Counted from the first letter of the stretch, positions 28,173-38,993 are shown. The stretch: DNA of 64,000 nucleotides from Patescibacteria group bacterium (GCA_041661385.1 JBAZUP010000001.1:209692-273691), one strand, 5' to 3'. Numbers and translations: made by a program. The notes: generated by a model not told the origin, from the sequence alone.

Positions 28173-29423
28173 TTATTTTTTCAAAAGCTCCAATGCTTTT
28201 TGAATTACCACATCTTCACCAATCGCTTCCTTTTCAAATTCTTCTTTAACTTCAATATTTGGAGTTATTCCTTTTTCATTAATATTATTTCCGGCCGGAG
28301 TATACCATTCTGCTACCGTAACTTTTAATGCCGAACCGTCGGAAAGCACTTGATAGTCCTGTACTGAACCCTTTCCAAAAGTCTGCTCGCCGATCACAGT
28401 GGCGGCTTTATTATCCTGAAGCGCGCCCGCAACAATTTCCGAAGCTGAAGCCGAACCCTTGTTTACAAGAACAACCGTCTTAATGCCAGAAAGCCGATGC
28501 AAACCTTCGGTATAATGTATATTTTCACTTCCGTCACTAAATTTCTCACTTACTATTTTGCCTTCTGGAACCCATTCACTCGACATCGTTATCGCCGCAT
28601 CAAGGTATCCGCCCGGGTTACCGCGCAAATCTAAAATAATTCCGGCTGGTTTTTTATTTTGAATATCACCAATATATTTATTTAGCTGTGGTATGGTATT
28701 TTCGTTAAATTGCATTATCCTAAGATAAGCGATATTGCCGGTCTTTTCCGAATATATCACCGAAGGTACGTTGATCTTTGCCCGATGAATAGAAAAATCC
28801 CTTACCTTATCCCAACCATTCCGCATAATCGTAAGTTTGACACTGCTGGTTGCGGGCCCGCGAATATTTTCAACTGCAGTGTTGGTGTCCATTCCAACCG
28901 TTGGCTTACCATCAATAAGCATAATTTTATCTCCCGGTTTAAGACCGGCTTTTTCTGCTGGTGTATTTGGTAACGGTGAAATAATCATGAGTTGATTATT
29001 TTTAATTCCAATTTCAGCTCCGATACCATTAAATTCACCTGATAAACTTTTGCTAAATTCAGATGCTGCCATTGGAGGAAAATATACTGAGTACGGATCA
29101 CCAAGGCCGGCTACCATTCCCTGAATTGCTCCATAAAAAAGATCCTTATCTTTAATATCTTGCTGTTTAACATATTTTTGTTTTATCGCATCCCACACTT
29201 CCCAAAACTGATTAAACGAAACTTCTCCTGAATGGTTAATTAACCGGTTCAAGTCAGTGACTTTTTCAATACTTACTTGTCCATTCTCATTGGTGATGGT
29301 TTTCTTTACATACATCGCCTCTCCGGCAAGTACTCCCACTCCAAAAATTAAAAAAGCAGCACTAACACCAAGATAAATGTTAATGTATTTAATTGATCTA
29401 AAATTCCTAAGTCCGTTAAACAT
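28173..29423 (-). CDS. ctp: C-terminal processing peptidase (S41 family, PDZ domain)
   Basis: N-terminal TM helix, a PDZ segment (GLKPGDKIMLIDG) and an S41 catalytic region. Confidence 0.8.
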   Translation of the reverse strand: MFNGLRNFRSIKYINIYLGVSAAFLIFGVGVLAGEAMYVKKTITNENGQVSIEKVTDLNRLINHSGEVSFNQFWEVWDAIKQKYVKQQDIKDKDLFYGAIQGMVAGLGDPYSVYFPPMAASEFSKSLSGEFNGIGAEIGIKNNQLMIISPLPNTPAEKAGLKPGDKIMLIDGKPTVGMDTNTAVENIRGPATSSVKLTIMRNGWDKVRDFSIHRAKINVPSVIYSEKTGNIAYLRIMQFNENTIPQLNKYIGDIQNKKPAGIILDLRGNPGGYLDAAITMSSEWVPEGKIVSEKFSDGSENIHYTEGLHRLSGIKTVVLVNKGSASASEIVAGALQDNKAATVIGEQTFGKGSVQDYQVLSDGSALKVTVAEWYTPAGNNINEKGITPNIEVKEEFEKEAIGEDVVIQKALELLKK

Positions 29424-29429
29424 AAAATA

Positions 29430-30737
29430 TTATTCGTTTATAACTTCAATTTGAGCGCCAGCGGCGCAAAGTGTTTCATAAAGATTTTCGTACCCTCGAT
29501 CAATTGTATAAGTATTACGCAGAATTGACCGGCCTTTCGCCGCGAGCATCGCAATAAGTACGTTTACCGCCGGGCGCAGCGCTGGCGGAGCAACCACTTC
29601 ATTTGGTAAAAAATTAACCGGGCCTTCCACCCATACTCGGTGGGTGTCCACTAAATCTATTTTAGCACCTAATTTTTTTAATTCCAGACTATAAATGGCC
29701 CGATCTTCGTAAACCCAATCATGAATCATAGTGCGCCCCTTTGCGGTCGCAACAATTGGAATAAATAGCGGTAAATTATCGATGTTTAACCCGGGAAACG
29801 GACGACATTCAATTTTGTCTGGCAAGGCTACCAATTTGCTTGGAAAAATTTCAATATCAACCAAGGTAAATGCTCCGCTTTTTGATAAGTGTTGATTTTT
29901 AATTTTTAATTTTTGACCCATTATTTCCAGTTTATACATTTCCAATTCCAAAAACTCCAACGGACAATTTTTTATCGTGAGGTGAGATTTGGTTACAATG
30001 CCGGCGGAAATTAAAGTCATCGCCACAATCGGATCAGGCATAATTGGATAATCTTTGACCGAGTGTAATTTTGAAACACCTTCGATGGTAAGAGTAGTAG
30101 TACCCAGTCCGGATATTTTGGCGCCTGCCTTCACCAAAAAGTGGCACAAATCTTGTACCGTATAGTTGGCTGAGGCCATTTTTATTACCGTTTTACCTTT
30201 GGCGAGTACCGCGCCCATAATAGCATTTGCGGTAGCAGTATCACCAGATTCGTACATGATTATTTCAGCACCTTTTAAAATAGAATTATTTTCAACCTGA
30301 TAAAACCCGGGAAATGTTTCTACCTTAACTCCGAGCTTTCCCAAAGCATAAAGATGAGGGCGAACGGTCCGGTTTCCAAGTTTGCAACCCCCTGAACGAT
30401 AGAGTTTATATTTTTTTTCACGGTGCGCTAGCGCCCCAAGTAGCATGAGACCGGCTCTGGTAACTTCAGCGGCATGACGATCCATTTTTTGAAGAGTAAG
30501 CGGCCGGCTGGAATCGACTTGTAATGTGCCGGGTTTTATTTTAGTGACCCGTACTCCAATGCTGACCAATAGTTCAATTATCCTATTTACCTCTTCAATT
30601 TGCGGAACGTCTGAAAGAACCACCTTCCCGCGTACCATAACAGACGCGCACAAAATAGCGAGAGCCGAATTCTTGGCAGATTGATTTAACAGGGTCCCGG
30701 AAAGCTTTTTTCCGCCCTCTACGATAAGGTATGCCAT
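29430..30737 (-). CDS. murA: UDP-N-acetylglucosamine 1-carboxyvinyltransferase
   Basis: 435 aa. MAYLIVEGGKKLSGTLL...KNSALAILCAS is the EPSP-synthase-like fold. Confidence 0.9.
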   Translation of the reverse strand: MAYLIVEGGKKLSGTLLNQSAKNSALAILCASVMVRGKVVLSDVPQIEEVNRIIELLVSIGVRVTKIKPGTLQVDSSRPLTLQKMDRHAAEVTRAGLMLLGALAHREKKYKLYRSGGCKLGNRTVRPHLYALGKLGVKVETFPGFYQVENNSILKGAEIIMYESGDTATANAIMGAVLAKGKTVIKMASANYTVQDLCHFLVKAGAKISGLGTTTLTIEGVSKLHSVKDYPIMPDPIVAMTLISAGIVTKSHLTIKNCPLEFLELEMYKLEIMGQKLKIKNQHLSKSGAFTLVDIEIFPSKLVALPDKIECRPFPGLNIDNLPLFIPIVATAKGRTMIHDWVYEDRAIYSLELKKLGAKIDLVDTHRVWVEGPVNFLPNEVVAPPALRPAVNVLIAMLAAKGRSILRNTYTIDRGYENLYETLCAAGAQIEVINE

Positions 30738-30816
30738 ACTTTACTTAGCAATAAATTTCAGGTAAACTGAAGTATACTATATTTATTATGGATTTACAAC
30801 TTTAACGGATAAGCCA

Positions 30817-32169
30817 ATGGAATACCCAGGAGCTAAATTTCGCCGTCCGATTCGCCTCACAATGTTAATCCTGTTTATAACGGCTTTTTTTATTATTTCG
30901 CCCCTCGTTATCCTTTATAGCGCCGGTTATCGTTTTGATTTTAAAAACGGCTTATTAAAGGAAACCGGCAGTTTAAGCGTGGATATTTTACCCAAAACTG
31001 CGGCAGTTTATCTGGAAGGTTTAAAAATTGACCAAACCCTGCCAGTTAGACTAAATAATATTACTCCTCATAAATATACGATCCTCCTTAGCGCGCCTGG
31101 TTATTACGACTTTGAAAAACAAATCGAAATAAACAAAAATCAAACCACCTATATAAAGGAGCTAGTTTTAATAAAAAAAGATAAGCCAAAGCTTGTTTCA
31201 AAAGATTTGGCGCTAGTAACCGCTCTTTCAGTTTCCGGAAAATCCTTGGCTTATATTATAAAAGAAAAAAATAATTACGTGGTAAAAATTTCTGATGAGC
31301 AAACCGGCAGCGTCACAACTGTTTTAAAAATAGCCGACGACGAAATTCCAAATTTATCCTGGTCACCAACCGGTGAATTTTTGGCTGTTCACTCAAAATT
31401 TTCTCCTTATAAACAATTTTTTGTCGTAAATGTTTCTGCGATTGCGCCAAAAGTATCGGATCTAGCTCTAATAAATAAAAGTATTATCGATAAATATATT
31501 TGGAGTCAAGATGTTGAACCAAAACTACATTTTGAGTCTGGCGGAAATATTTATTCTTTCCTTCCCCGTCTTAATAATGCGAGCCGAATTGCCTCAAGCA
31601 GTTTCCAAGACTGGTATTTGGACGAGGGTTCACTATGGACGATTGATTATATCACCACCTCAAAACAACTAGCTATATACAGCGACACCCTTGGATTTAA
31701 ATCTTTTTTTGCTTCGATTTCCGAAAATAATGAGTACGCTTCTTCATCTTTAAAAAAACTTAAACTTGAATCGGCGAAAAAAAATACCGTGGTACTCGCT
31801 GATTCAGAAACCGGAAAATTTTTAATTGTGAAACGTGATAAATATTTTACCGTGAACGCCGATAAAATGTTTTATTCTAAATTTAATAACTGGCTAATCC
31901 TGTGGAATTCATTTGAATTATGGACCTACAGTGAAAATGACGAACCGTATTTATTAAACCGTTCCGGAGAAAAACTAAATGACATAATACCGCTCGATCA
32001 ATATAACACCCTTGGTTTACTTTGGAATAATGAAATTTCGGCGTTGTACCCCTATTTTTATACCGAACGCTCAATTGTAAACGACAAAATTTCATCAATG
32101 ACGGCGAATCCGGACCAGAGAATTATTTACTATAGTAATTCAAATGGAATTTGGAAAATAAATTATTAA
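30817..32169 (+). CDS. PEGA-domain membrane-anchored protein with a C-terminal beta-propeller-like region
   Basis: N-terminal TM helix and a PEGA-like segment (DILPKTAAVYLEGLKIDQTLPVRL...APGYYDFEKQIEI). Confidence 0.45.
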   Translation: MEYPGAKFRRPIRLTMLILFITAFFIISPLVILYSAGYRFDFKNGLLKETGSLSVDILPKTAAVYLEGLKIDQTLPVRLNNITPHKYTILLSAPGYYDFEKQIEINKNQTTYIKELVLIKKDKPKLVSKDLALVTALSVSGKSLAYIIKEKNNYVVKISDEQTGSVTTVLKIADDEIPNLSWSPTGEFLAVHSKFSPYKQFFVVNVSAIAPKVSDLALINKSIIDKYIWSQDVEPKLHFESGGNIYSFLPRLNNASRIASSSFQDWYLDEGSLWTIDYITTSKQLAIYSDTLGFKSFFASISENNEYASSSLKKLKLESAKKNTVVLADSETGKFLIVKRDKYFTVNADKMFYSKFNNWLILWNSFELWTYSENDEPYLLNRSGEKLNDIIPLDQYNTLGLLWNNEISALYPYFYTERSIVNDKISSMTANPDQRIIYYSNSNGIWKINY

Positions 32170-32179
32170 AAACATTTTT

Positions 32180-32578
32180 ATGAAATTAACAACTTTCACC
32201 GACGGCGGCGCGCGCGGCAACCCAGGCCCGGCTGCAGCTGGAATTGTTATAAAAAATGAAGCGGGTGAAACTTTAGCTTCTTATGGAGTATATCTCGGAG
32301 AGCAAACAAATAATTATGCTGAGTACTCCGCGCTTCTTGAAGCTTTAAATAAATCCCTTAAACTCGGCGCTTCTGAAGTAGAATGTTTCCTAGATAGCGA
32401 ACTGGTTGTAAAACAAATGCGGCGTGAATACAAAGTAAAAGAACCCGCCTTACAAAAATTATTTATCAAAGTTTATAATTCAGCTGCAGCATTTAAAAAA
32501 GTAACTTACCACCACATTCGCAGAGAAAAAAACAAAGAAGCTGATGCTGAAGTCAATAAAACTCTTGATCTTCAATAA
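32180..32578 (+). CDS. rnhA: Ribonuclease HI
   Basis: TDGGARGNPGPAAAGIVI, the RNase H catalytic D/E context. 132 aa. Confidence 0.7.
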   Translation: MKLTTFTDGGARGNPGPAAAGIVIKNEAGETLASYGVYLGEQTNNYAEYSALLEALNKSLKLGASEVECFLDSELVVKQMRREYKVKEPALQKLFIKVYNSAAAFKKVTYHHIRREKNKEADAEVNKTLDLQ

Positions 32579-32580
32579 AA

Positions 32581-32606
32581 AAAACCGCCCTATAGGGCGG
32601 TTTTTA
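32581..32606. terminator. Bidirectional intrinsic terminator (CCGCCC-TATA-GGGCGG flanked by A/T runs)
   Basis: Lies between rnhA (+) and the minus-strand heat-shock/sigma operon. Confidence 0.6.
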
Positions 32607-32608
32607 GT

Positions 32609-33757
32609 TTAATTATCGGATTCATTAGCGCTGGATTCTTTGAGCAGCTCAGCTCGCTTTTCTTCTTCATGTTTTTTTTCTTCTTCTAGCTTCTTCTCGC
32701 TTTCAGATTGTCTTTCTCTTTCTTGAATAACTGCCTTTGATTCCGAACGATACCAACGTGTCTCTTGGTCACGCTCATTTACTTCCAGGCGAATTTGTGT
32801 CGAACTGGCAATAACTTGTTCAATGCGAGCCGGAGTGCTACTCGAATAAATCTTGTATTCATTTTCATTATCAATCACTCTTATCTCCCCTTTTTCATTT
32901 TGAATAATTTTTATTTTCTCCTTTGTTTTAGATTTTGTAAACTTCTTTAAAATATTGTTATTTTTAAAGAATGAATTTTTTGCATTAGTATTTCGATCCT
33001 CTCGGTCGAATTCAACTAGGGTACTGGTCGGAAAAGAAAGAGTTGTACTAGCCACAGATGTAGAACTTGTAAAAACAATCGGCTCCTGTAATTCAGCATC
33101 TTTTATTTTGTGACGGTTAATTCGTTCTTGAATTTTCACTTTTAAATTATTGGCTTCTTCTGAATCGCCTAATTTAGCTTCCATATCCTCTAGATTGTGA
33201 TCAACATTTTCAATGTCCCGATCAATCAATTCAACCTCGCGGGGCTGAGTAGTAATTACAATTAAATTCGATGATGTCGGGCTAAAAGCTTCGCTTACTG
33301 TTCCAGATGTAGTTAAGGTTGAAGTAGCTAAAGAATTTTGTTCGACGGAAGAAAAAGTTAATTTAATTTCTGAACCGACTTTATCCACGATTACATCACG
33401 CTCGGCTTCACGGCGACCGGCTTTTTTAAATAAAAATTTAACTTTAGCCTCCGGACTAACTTTTGTTTGTTCTTCAATTTTTTCTAAACTAATTTTAATC
33501 GGATAAAGCACACTGCCTTCGGTGACCTGCGGTGAATTATACGCGTAGGCGCTAGTGCCAACCATACTAACTCCTAAAGTGCTAGCAATTATAATTCGAG
33601 TTGTTTTAACCCAAACATACCGGTACCAAATACCGGGTTTGCCATAAACCATATCAAATTGCCTAGAAAGAAGAGCGTTTAATTCACGCTTAAAACCAGG
33701 CCTTGGTTCAAGATCCTTTTGTGCCTTCTTCAAGTTGTACCAAAGTTTTAGGTTCAT
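32609..33757 (-). CDS. Putative anti-sigma factor (single-pass membrane protein)
   Basis: Its start overlaps the ECF sigma gene stop by 4 bp. It has an N-terminal cytoplasmic segment, one TM helix (IIIASTLGVSMVGTSAYA) and an S/T-rich, charged C-terminus. There is no sequence-level family match. Confidence 0.4.
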   Translation of the reverse strand: MNLKLWYNLKKAQKDLEPRPGFKRELNALLSRQFDMVYGKPGIWYRYVWVKTTRIIIASTLGVSMVGTSAYAYNSPQVTEGSVLYPIKISLEKIEEQTKVSPEAKVKFLFKKAGRREAERDVIVDKVGSEIKLTFSSVEQNSLATSTLTTSGTVSEAFSPTSSNLIVITTQPREVELIDRDIENVDHNLEDMEAKLGDSEEANNLKVKIQERINRHKIKDAELQEPIVFTSSTSVASTTLSFPTSTLVEFDREDRNTNAKNSFFKNNNILKKFTKSKTKEKIKIIQNEKGEIRVIDNENEYKIYSSSTPARIEQVIASSTQIRLEVNERDQETRWYRSESKAVIQERERQSESEKKLEEEKKHEEEKRAELLKESSANESDN

Positions 33758-34284
33758 AAATATTCCTTCATCTTCTTTATTATCCGGTGCGAAGCTACCT
33801 TCACCGCACCCTCCGTGGTGTTAATCATTGTGGCTACTTCTGCGTAATTATACCCGATAATATAGTGTAATGTTACAATTTCTGCTTCTTCTTTACTTAA
33901 TTTAGCCAAAATTTCATAAACCAAATTCTTGTTTGCCTGCTTTTCTGCCACTTTTAAGGCTGATTTAAGCCATTTTGAATCATTATTACCTTCTTCATCA
34001 TCTTCGTTGATATTATCAATCGGCACCGTTAATTTACGATCACGCCAATAATTAGCAAGGTGATTTTTAGTTATCGTCATTAGCCAGGCGGTTTTACTGC
34101 GAGTTTCATCATAGTCGGAAAAATGCTGTAAAACTTTCATGAATATTTCCGAAACCAGGTCTTCCGATAATTCACGATCGTGACACCGAAAAAAAACAAA
34201 GCGGTAAACCTTGTCAAAATGAGTCTGATAAAATTTTTCGAATTCCTGCTTTAATGAAGACATAAATCTGTAGCAGACATCCAA
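33754..34284 (-). CDS. ECF-type RNA polymerase sigma factor (sigma-70 regions 2 and 4)
   Basis: Region 2 (LVSEIFMKVLQHFSDYD) and region 4 HTH (IVTLHYIIGYNYAEVATMINTTEGAVKVASHR). Confidence 0.75.
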   Translation of the reverse strand: MDVCYRFMSSLKQEFEKFYQTHFDKVYRFVFFRCHDRELSEDLVSEIFMKVLQHFSDYDETRSKTAWLMTITKNHLANYWRDRKLTVPIDNINEDDEEGNNDSKWLKSALKVAEKQANKNLVYEILAKLSKEEAEIVTLHYIIGYNYAEVATMINTTEGAVKVASHRIIKKMKEYL

Positions 34285-34301
34285 CTATTTAATCAGATTA
34301 T

Positions 34302-35390
34302 TTATTGCTTGTCCAGTTCGTCGAGAAGTTTTCGGTAATTTTTACTAATCTTTTTGGGTACAATAATTTTAACTCGAACATAGTGATCTCCCCTACCGCG
34401 CCCGCCAACTTCCTGAACACCATGTCCCTTCAACCTTATTAGCTGGCCCGATTCTGTTCCTTCAGGAATCTTAATTTCTAGCTGGCCATCAATGGTTTCT
34501 ACCTTGACCGTCGCGCCAATTACAGCTTTTGAGTACGAAATTTCCTGATCCGTATAAACATCAAAACCATCTCTTGTAAAAATTTTTGAAGGTTTGATAC
34601 GAATACGCACATAAAGATCGCCGCTTGTCCCGTTGTGCGGCGCCGCCTCGCCATGACCGGTCAATCGAATTGATTGGCCATTATCAATTCCAGCCGGAAT
34701 TTTTACTTTTACTTGATTATTTTTTGAAAGTATTCCATCGCCGCCGCAATGTTTGCATTTTTTTGCCGCGTGCTTGCCTCGGCCATTACAGGTAGGACAA
34801 TTTGCAACGGTCTGAACGGTTCCAAGAATGGTTCGTTGATTTTGAAGAATTTGCCCCTGTCCATTACACGAAGTACATGTTTCAAGTTTACTGCCCGGTT
34901 CAGCTCCGCTACCCTTACATACCTCGCAAGTAGACTGCCTTCGCAGATTTAATTCTTTTTCAATCCCAAACGCCGCTTCTTTAAAATCTAATTCAACATC
35001 AACCTGAATATCATGGCCGCGCGCTTGCCTTGGACCACCACGGCGTCCGCCGCCGCCAAAGCCAAACATATCACCAAAAATATCACCAAAATCGGCACCG
35101 CCGAAATTCGCGGAACCGCCTCCATTACGAAAAGCGCCCATCACATCTTCCCAGCTGGCTCCGCCAAAACCGCCCTGCTGTTCAAAGTCAGATCCAAACT
35201 GTTCGTATTTTTTTCTTTTTTCCGCATCGCCCAGCACTTGATAGGCTTCGTTTATTTCTTTAAACTTTGCCTCATTTCCACCCGGTCGGTCGGGGTGGTG
35301 TTGCATCGCAGCTTTTTTGAAAGCTTTTTTTATTTCGTCAGTTGAAGCATTTTTTTCAACTCCGAGTATTTTATAATAATCCTTTGACAT
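34302..35390 (-). CDS. dnaJ: Chaperone DnaJ
   Basis: J-domain (YYKILGV...HPD), G/F-rich region and four CxxCxGxG zinc-finger repeats. Confidence 0.9.
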   Translation of the reverse strand: MSKDYYKILGVEKNASTDEIKKAFKKAAMQHHPDRPGGNEAKFKEINEAYQVLGDAEKRKKYEQFGSDFEQQGGFGGASWEDVMGAFRNGGGSANFGGADFGDIFGDMFGFGGGGRRGGPRQARGHDIQVDVELDFKEAAFGIEKELNLRRQSTCEVCKGSGAEPGSKLETCTSCNGQGQILQNQRTILGTVQTVANCPTCNGRGKHAAKKCKHCGGDGILSKNNQVKVKIPAGIDNGQSIRLTGHGEAAPHNGTSGDLYVRIRIKPSKIFTRDGFDVYTDQEISYSKAVIGATVKVETIDGQLEIKIPEGTESGQLIRLKGHGVQEVGGRGRGDHYVRVKIIVPKKISKNYRKLLDELDKQ

Positions 35391-35392
35391 AA

Positions 35393-35689
35393 CTATCTTT
35401 TTAAACCAATACTTTCCTCTCTTTCAACTTCACTTCGTAGTTCTTGATAGAGATTTTTTGCTGCATCGCTAATTTTTGCATCCCAATTCGGAAGATCAAC
35501 CCACTTCACACCATTAATTATTTCACCTTTAATATTTTCTTTTAACCATTCTCGGTGATCATTTTTTAGTTCGCTTAATTCTCTTTCAACCGAACACTCC
35601 GAACATAACCCATGTGAAGTGTTTTTATTTTCAAAAGGAATTTTCTCTTTTTCTTGCCTACGCCCGCAATCCATGCAAACGACAATCAT
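35393..35689 (-). CDS. Small zinc-ribbon protein (CxxC...CxxC) of unknown function, inserted between dnaK and dnaJ
   Basis: 98 aa: MIVVCMDCGRR...HGLCSEC followed by a charged helix. Tightly packed, 3 bp from the dnaJ start. Confidence 0.4.
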   Translation of the reverse strand: MIVVCMDCGRRQEKEKIPFENKNTSHGLCSECSVERELSELKNDHREWLKENIKGEIINGVKWVDLPNWDAKISDAAKNLYQELRSEVEREESIGLKR

Positions 35690-35743
35690 ACATAATAATT
35701 ATCAAGCACCACAACGAGTGCATGACCCTAAACCCGATGTGGT

Positions 35744-37663
35744 TTAGGGTTTTTGTTCATCAACTACTTCACCCTCAATTGGACCCTCGTCCTTCTTGTC
35801 GCCGGCAGCTCCACCACCTGGCTGTCCTGCAGACGGTCCACCTTGCGGTTGTTGAGTTTGTTGGTAAAGTTTGGCTCCAACTGCTTGGCCAGCCTTAGAA
35901 AGCTCCTCTGAGGCCTTTTTAATAGCCTCGACATCATCCTTATCTTTTACTTCTTTCATTTTGGCAACTGCCTCAGTCACCGCTTTCTTTTCATCTTCAG
36001 TAATATTTATTTTTTTCTCTTCAATATCTTTCATCATTTTTTCTGTGGTGTAAACCATAGTATCTGCGAGGTTGCGGGTTTCAATTAGCTCCTGCTTTTT
36101 CTTATCTTCGGTTGCATGAAGCTCGGCATCCTTCTTCATATTTTCTATATCCTCTTTAGAAAGACTGGTAGAAGATTCAATACGAATTGACTGCTCTTTA
36201 TTTGTTCCTTTGTCTTTGGCTTTTACGCTGATAATGCCATTTGCATCTATATCAAAAGTAACTTCAATTTGCGGAACACCGCGCGGAGCCGGAGGGATAC
36301 CAGTGAGTTCAAACTGGCCCATTAATTTATTATCATTAAACATCGAGCGTTCACCCTGAGCGACTCGAATTGAAACTGCCGGTTGACTATCGGCGGCGGT
36401 AGAAAATACCTGAGTCTTGCTGGTCGGGATAGTAGTGTTGCGTTCGATAAGCTTGGTGAAAATTTGACCCATGGTTTCAATACCAAGAGAAAGCGGGGTC
36501 ACATCAAGCAAAAGCACATCTTTGACATCGCCTTTTAATACTCCACCTTGAACAGCAGCGCCAACAGCGACTACTTCATCAGGGTTCACACTGATATTCG
36601 GCTTCTTACCAAAATATTTTTCAACTGTAGAGAGAACCAGTGGCATGCGAGTCATTCCACCGACCATTACAATTTCATTAATATCTTTAAGGTCCATTTT
36701 GGCATCGGCAAGAGCATTCTTTACCGGCTGAAGAGTATTACTAACTAAATCACCAACCAAATCTTCCAATTTAGAGCGAGAAAGTTTAATCATTAAGTGT
36801 TTCGGACCATTGGCGTCAGAAGTAATAAATGGCTGATTGATTTCCGTTTCTTGAGCGGTTGAAAGTTCAATTTTGGCTTTTTCAGCCGCCTCTTTAATAC
36901 GTTGAAGAGCTAAATTGTCTTTACCAAGATCAATACCATTTTCTTTTTTGAACTCATCAAGAATCCATTGAATAATGCGTTGATCAAAATCGTCACCACC
37001 GAGATGTGTATCACCGTTGGTCGCAAGAACGTGAACAGAATCTTCACTTACTTCAAGAACCGATACATCAAATGTACCACCGCCTAAATCGTACACCATT
37101 ATTTTTTGTTCTTTCTTTTTATCAAAACCATATGCAAGCGCCGCGGCGGTCGGTTCGTTTATAATGCGAAGCACTGTAAGACCGGCAATTTCACCGGCGT
37201 CTTTGGTGGCCTGTCGCTGTGAGTCATCAAAATATGCTGGCACAGTGATAACTGCTTCAGTAATTTTTTCACCGGTTCGTTCTTCGGCATCAGCTTTCAT
37301 TTTTCCAAGTATCATGGCCGAGATTTCTTGCGGGGTGTGTTCTTTTCCACCAACTAATACCTTTACGCCTTCACCGCTTTTTACCATCTTAAATGGCATG
37401 TGTTTTAGGTCGCGTTGCACTTCTGAATCTTCCCACTTGCGGCCAATCAGGCGCTTAATGGAATATAAGGTGTTTTCCGGGTTGGTCACTGCCTGGCGCT
37501 TGGCAAGCTGGCCCACCAACCGTTCACCGCTTTTTGAGACAGCGACAACCGATGGAGTCGTGCGCGCTCCTTCTTTGTTTTCCAGCACCTTCGGCTGGCC
37601 ACCTTCAATAATAGCCATACACGAATTAGTTGTACCTAAGTCTATTCCGAGAACTTTGCTCAT
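35744..37663 (-). CDS. dnaK: Chaperone DnaK (Hsp70)
   Basis: [16 protein letters not shown] and a 639-aa full-length Hsp70. Confidence 0.95.
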   Translation of the reverse strand: MSKVLGIDLGTTNSCMAIIEGGQPKVLENKEGARTTPSVVAVSKSGERLVGQLAKRQAVTNPENTLYSIKRLIGRKWEDSEVQRDLKHMPFKMVKSGEGVKVLVGGKEHTPQEISAMILGKMKADAEERTGEKITEAVITVPAYFDDSQRQATKDAGEIAGLTVLRIINEPTAAALAYGFDKKKEQKIMVYDLGGGTFDVSVLEVSEDSVHVLATNGDTHLGGDDFDQRIIQWILDEFKKENGIDLGKDNLALQRIKEAAEKAKIELSTAQETEINQPFITSDANGPKHLMIKLSRSKLEDLVGDLVSNTLQPVKNALADAKMDLKDINEIVMVGGMTRMPLVLSTVEKYFGKKPNISVNPDEVVAVGAAVQGGVLKGDVKDVLLLDVTPLSLGIETMGQIFTKLIERNTTIPTSKTQVFSTAADSQPAVSIRVAQGERSMFNDNKLMGQFELTGIPPAPRGVPQIEVTFDIDANGIISVKAKDKGTNKEQSIRIESSTSLSKEDIENMKKDAELHATEDKKKQELIETRNLADTMVYTTEKMMKDIEEKKINITEDEKKAVTEAVAKMKEVKDKDDVEAIKKASEELSKAGQAVGAKLYQQTQQPQGGPSAGQPGGGAAGDKKDEGPIEGEVVDEQKP

Positions 37664-37788
37664 AGTAAATTTTGATTATTAGTAATTAGTAGCTATTTGT
37701 AGCCCGCCTGCAACGCTATGCGTAGCATTGCGGGCAGGTTCCCAAATCAATTCCAAGTACTTTTGACATAAGTGAAAATATTTATTAT

Positions 37789-38304
37789 TTATTTAGAAAT
37801 TATTACTCTTGCTGGTTTTATTACCCTCTTCCCCATTTTATATCCTCCCGAAACTTCACGAATTATTTTTCCAGACTTTTCGCCATCTTCTTCCCCGGCT
37901 GCCTCATGAAAAACCGGATCAAACATTTCTCCAACAGTTTTTATTTCTTCTACATCGTGCGCCTTTAGTACATCCCCAAATTGCTTCATGATATAGCCGA
38001 TTCCATCAATCCAGTTTTTAATATTTTTCTGGTCGCCATTGAGGTCGGGATGATGATAAAACGCAGTTTTGAAATGGTCATAAACCGGTATAAACTCTTC
38101 CAAAATCTGCTGTTCACTCATTTGCACCCATTCGGCGCGCCTCGCTTCGGTTTCTTTTTTTAAATTCTGATAATCTGCCATTGCTCTTTGCCAGCCGAGT
38201 TTGTATTCAGCGGATTGCAACTCGCATTTTTCTAACGGCGAAAGTTCAACGGCTTCGGCTTTTTGCTCTTCAGCATTTTCTTCATTTTTTTGTTCGTCGG
38301 TCAT
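37789..38304 (-). CDS. grpE: Nucleotide exchange factor GrpE
   Basis: 171 aa with a coiled-coil N-terminus and a GrpE C-terminal beta domain. Confidence 0.8.
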   Translation of the reverse strand: MTDEQKNEENAEEQKAEAVELSPLEKCELQSAEYKLGWQRAMADYQNLKKETEARRAEWVQMSEQQILEEFIPVYDHFKTAFYHHPDLNGDQKNIKNWIDGIGYIMKQFGDVLKAHDVEEIKTVGEMFDPVFHEAAGEEDGEKSGKIIREVSGGYKMGKRVIKPARVIISK

Positions 38305-38306
38305 AA

Positions 38307-38993
38307 TTAAATTATTTCAATAATCTTGTGAATCAGTCCCCAATTCTTTTTATAATTCATGCGCTGAGGGCCAAGGAGCACAATGAGTGATTTGTTGTCG
38401 TCGCCGAACCGGCTAGCAACCACTGAGAGCATGCTGCCAAACGGGTGGTCTTCACCAAGATAAAATTCGGGTTCATTTTTAACTTTTTGGAAAAATTCCG
38501 GCAAGCATTCGTCGCTGTGATCAAACGCCTCGGACACTGTCGCAATTTGTTTCATTTCTTCAAAATCCGGCTTCTCAAACAAATTTGCAAGACCAGTATA
38601 ATACACTTTTTCCGGTGAAAAAGCGATGAGTACAGTCTCGTCCGATACTTCAACTAATTTTTTTGCGACATTTTTCATCGCCTGTTCAAAATCGTTGTAA
38701 GCGCTAAATGCCTCTTTGAGTAAATCACTATCTTTGCGACTAGTCGTATCGACACCGCGATTAAGCTGGCGTAGATAATATTCATAGCCCTTGGTGGTTG
38801 GAACGCGTCCAGCGGAAGTGTGGGGGTGAGATAAATAACCTTCTTCTTCAAGAGCGCGCAGTTCATTACGAACAGTGGCCTCACTCCAATCGAGTCCGGC
38901 TTTCTCTACCAAAAAACGCGAGCCAACCGGTTCGGCTGTCGCGATATATGTTTCAATAACTAAATTCAATAATTTTTGCTGTCTTGGTTCCAT
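38307..38993 (-). CDS. hrcA: Heat-inducible transcription repressor HrcA (compact form)
   Basis: N-terminal wHTH (LLNLVIETYIATAEPVGSRFL...TVRNELRALEEEGYL) and a C-terminal LGPQRMNY motif. The start is placed at the ATG preceded by AGGA. The ORF track extends it to 39035. Confidence 0.7.
   Translation of the reverse strand: MEPRQQKLLNLVIETYIATAEPVGSRFLVEKAGLDWSEATVRNELRALEEEGYLSHPHTSAGRVPTTKGYEYYLRQLNRGVDTTSRKDSDLLKEAFSAYNDFEQAMKNVAKKLVEVSDETVLIAFSPEKVYYTGLANLFEKPDFEEMKQIATVSEAFDHSDECLPEFFQKVKNEPEFYLGEDHPFGSMLSVVASRFGDDNKSLIVLLGPQRMNYKKNWGLIHKIIEII

Noticed and set aside
37740-37790. TTGACA-17-TATTTA promoter-like hexamers on the plus strand in the grpE-dnaK spacer
   Set aside because: It faces away from all local genes, which are all on the minus strand, and it lies in an AT-rich spacer where such hexamers arise by chance.
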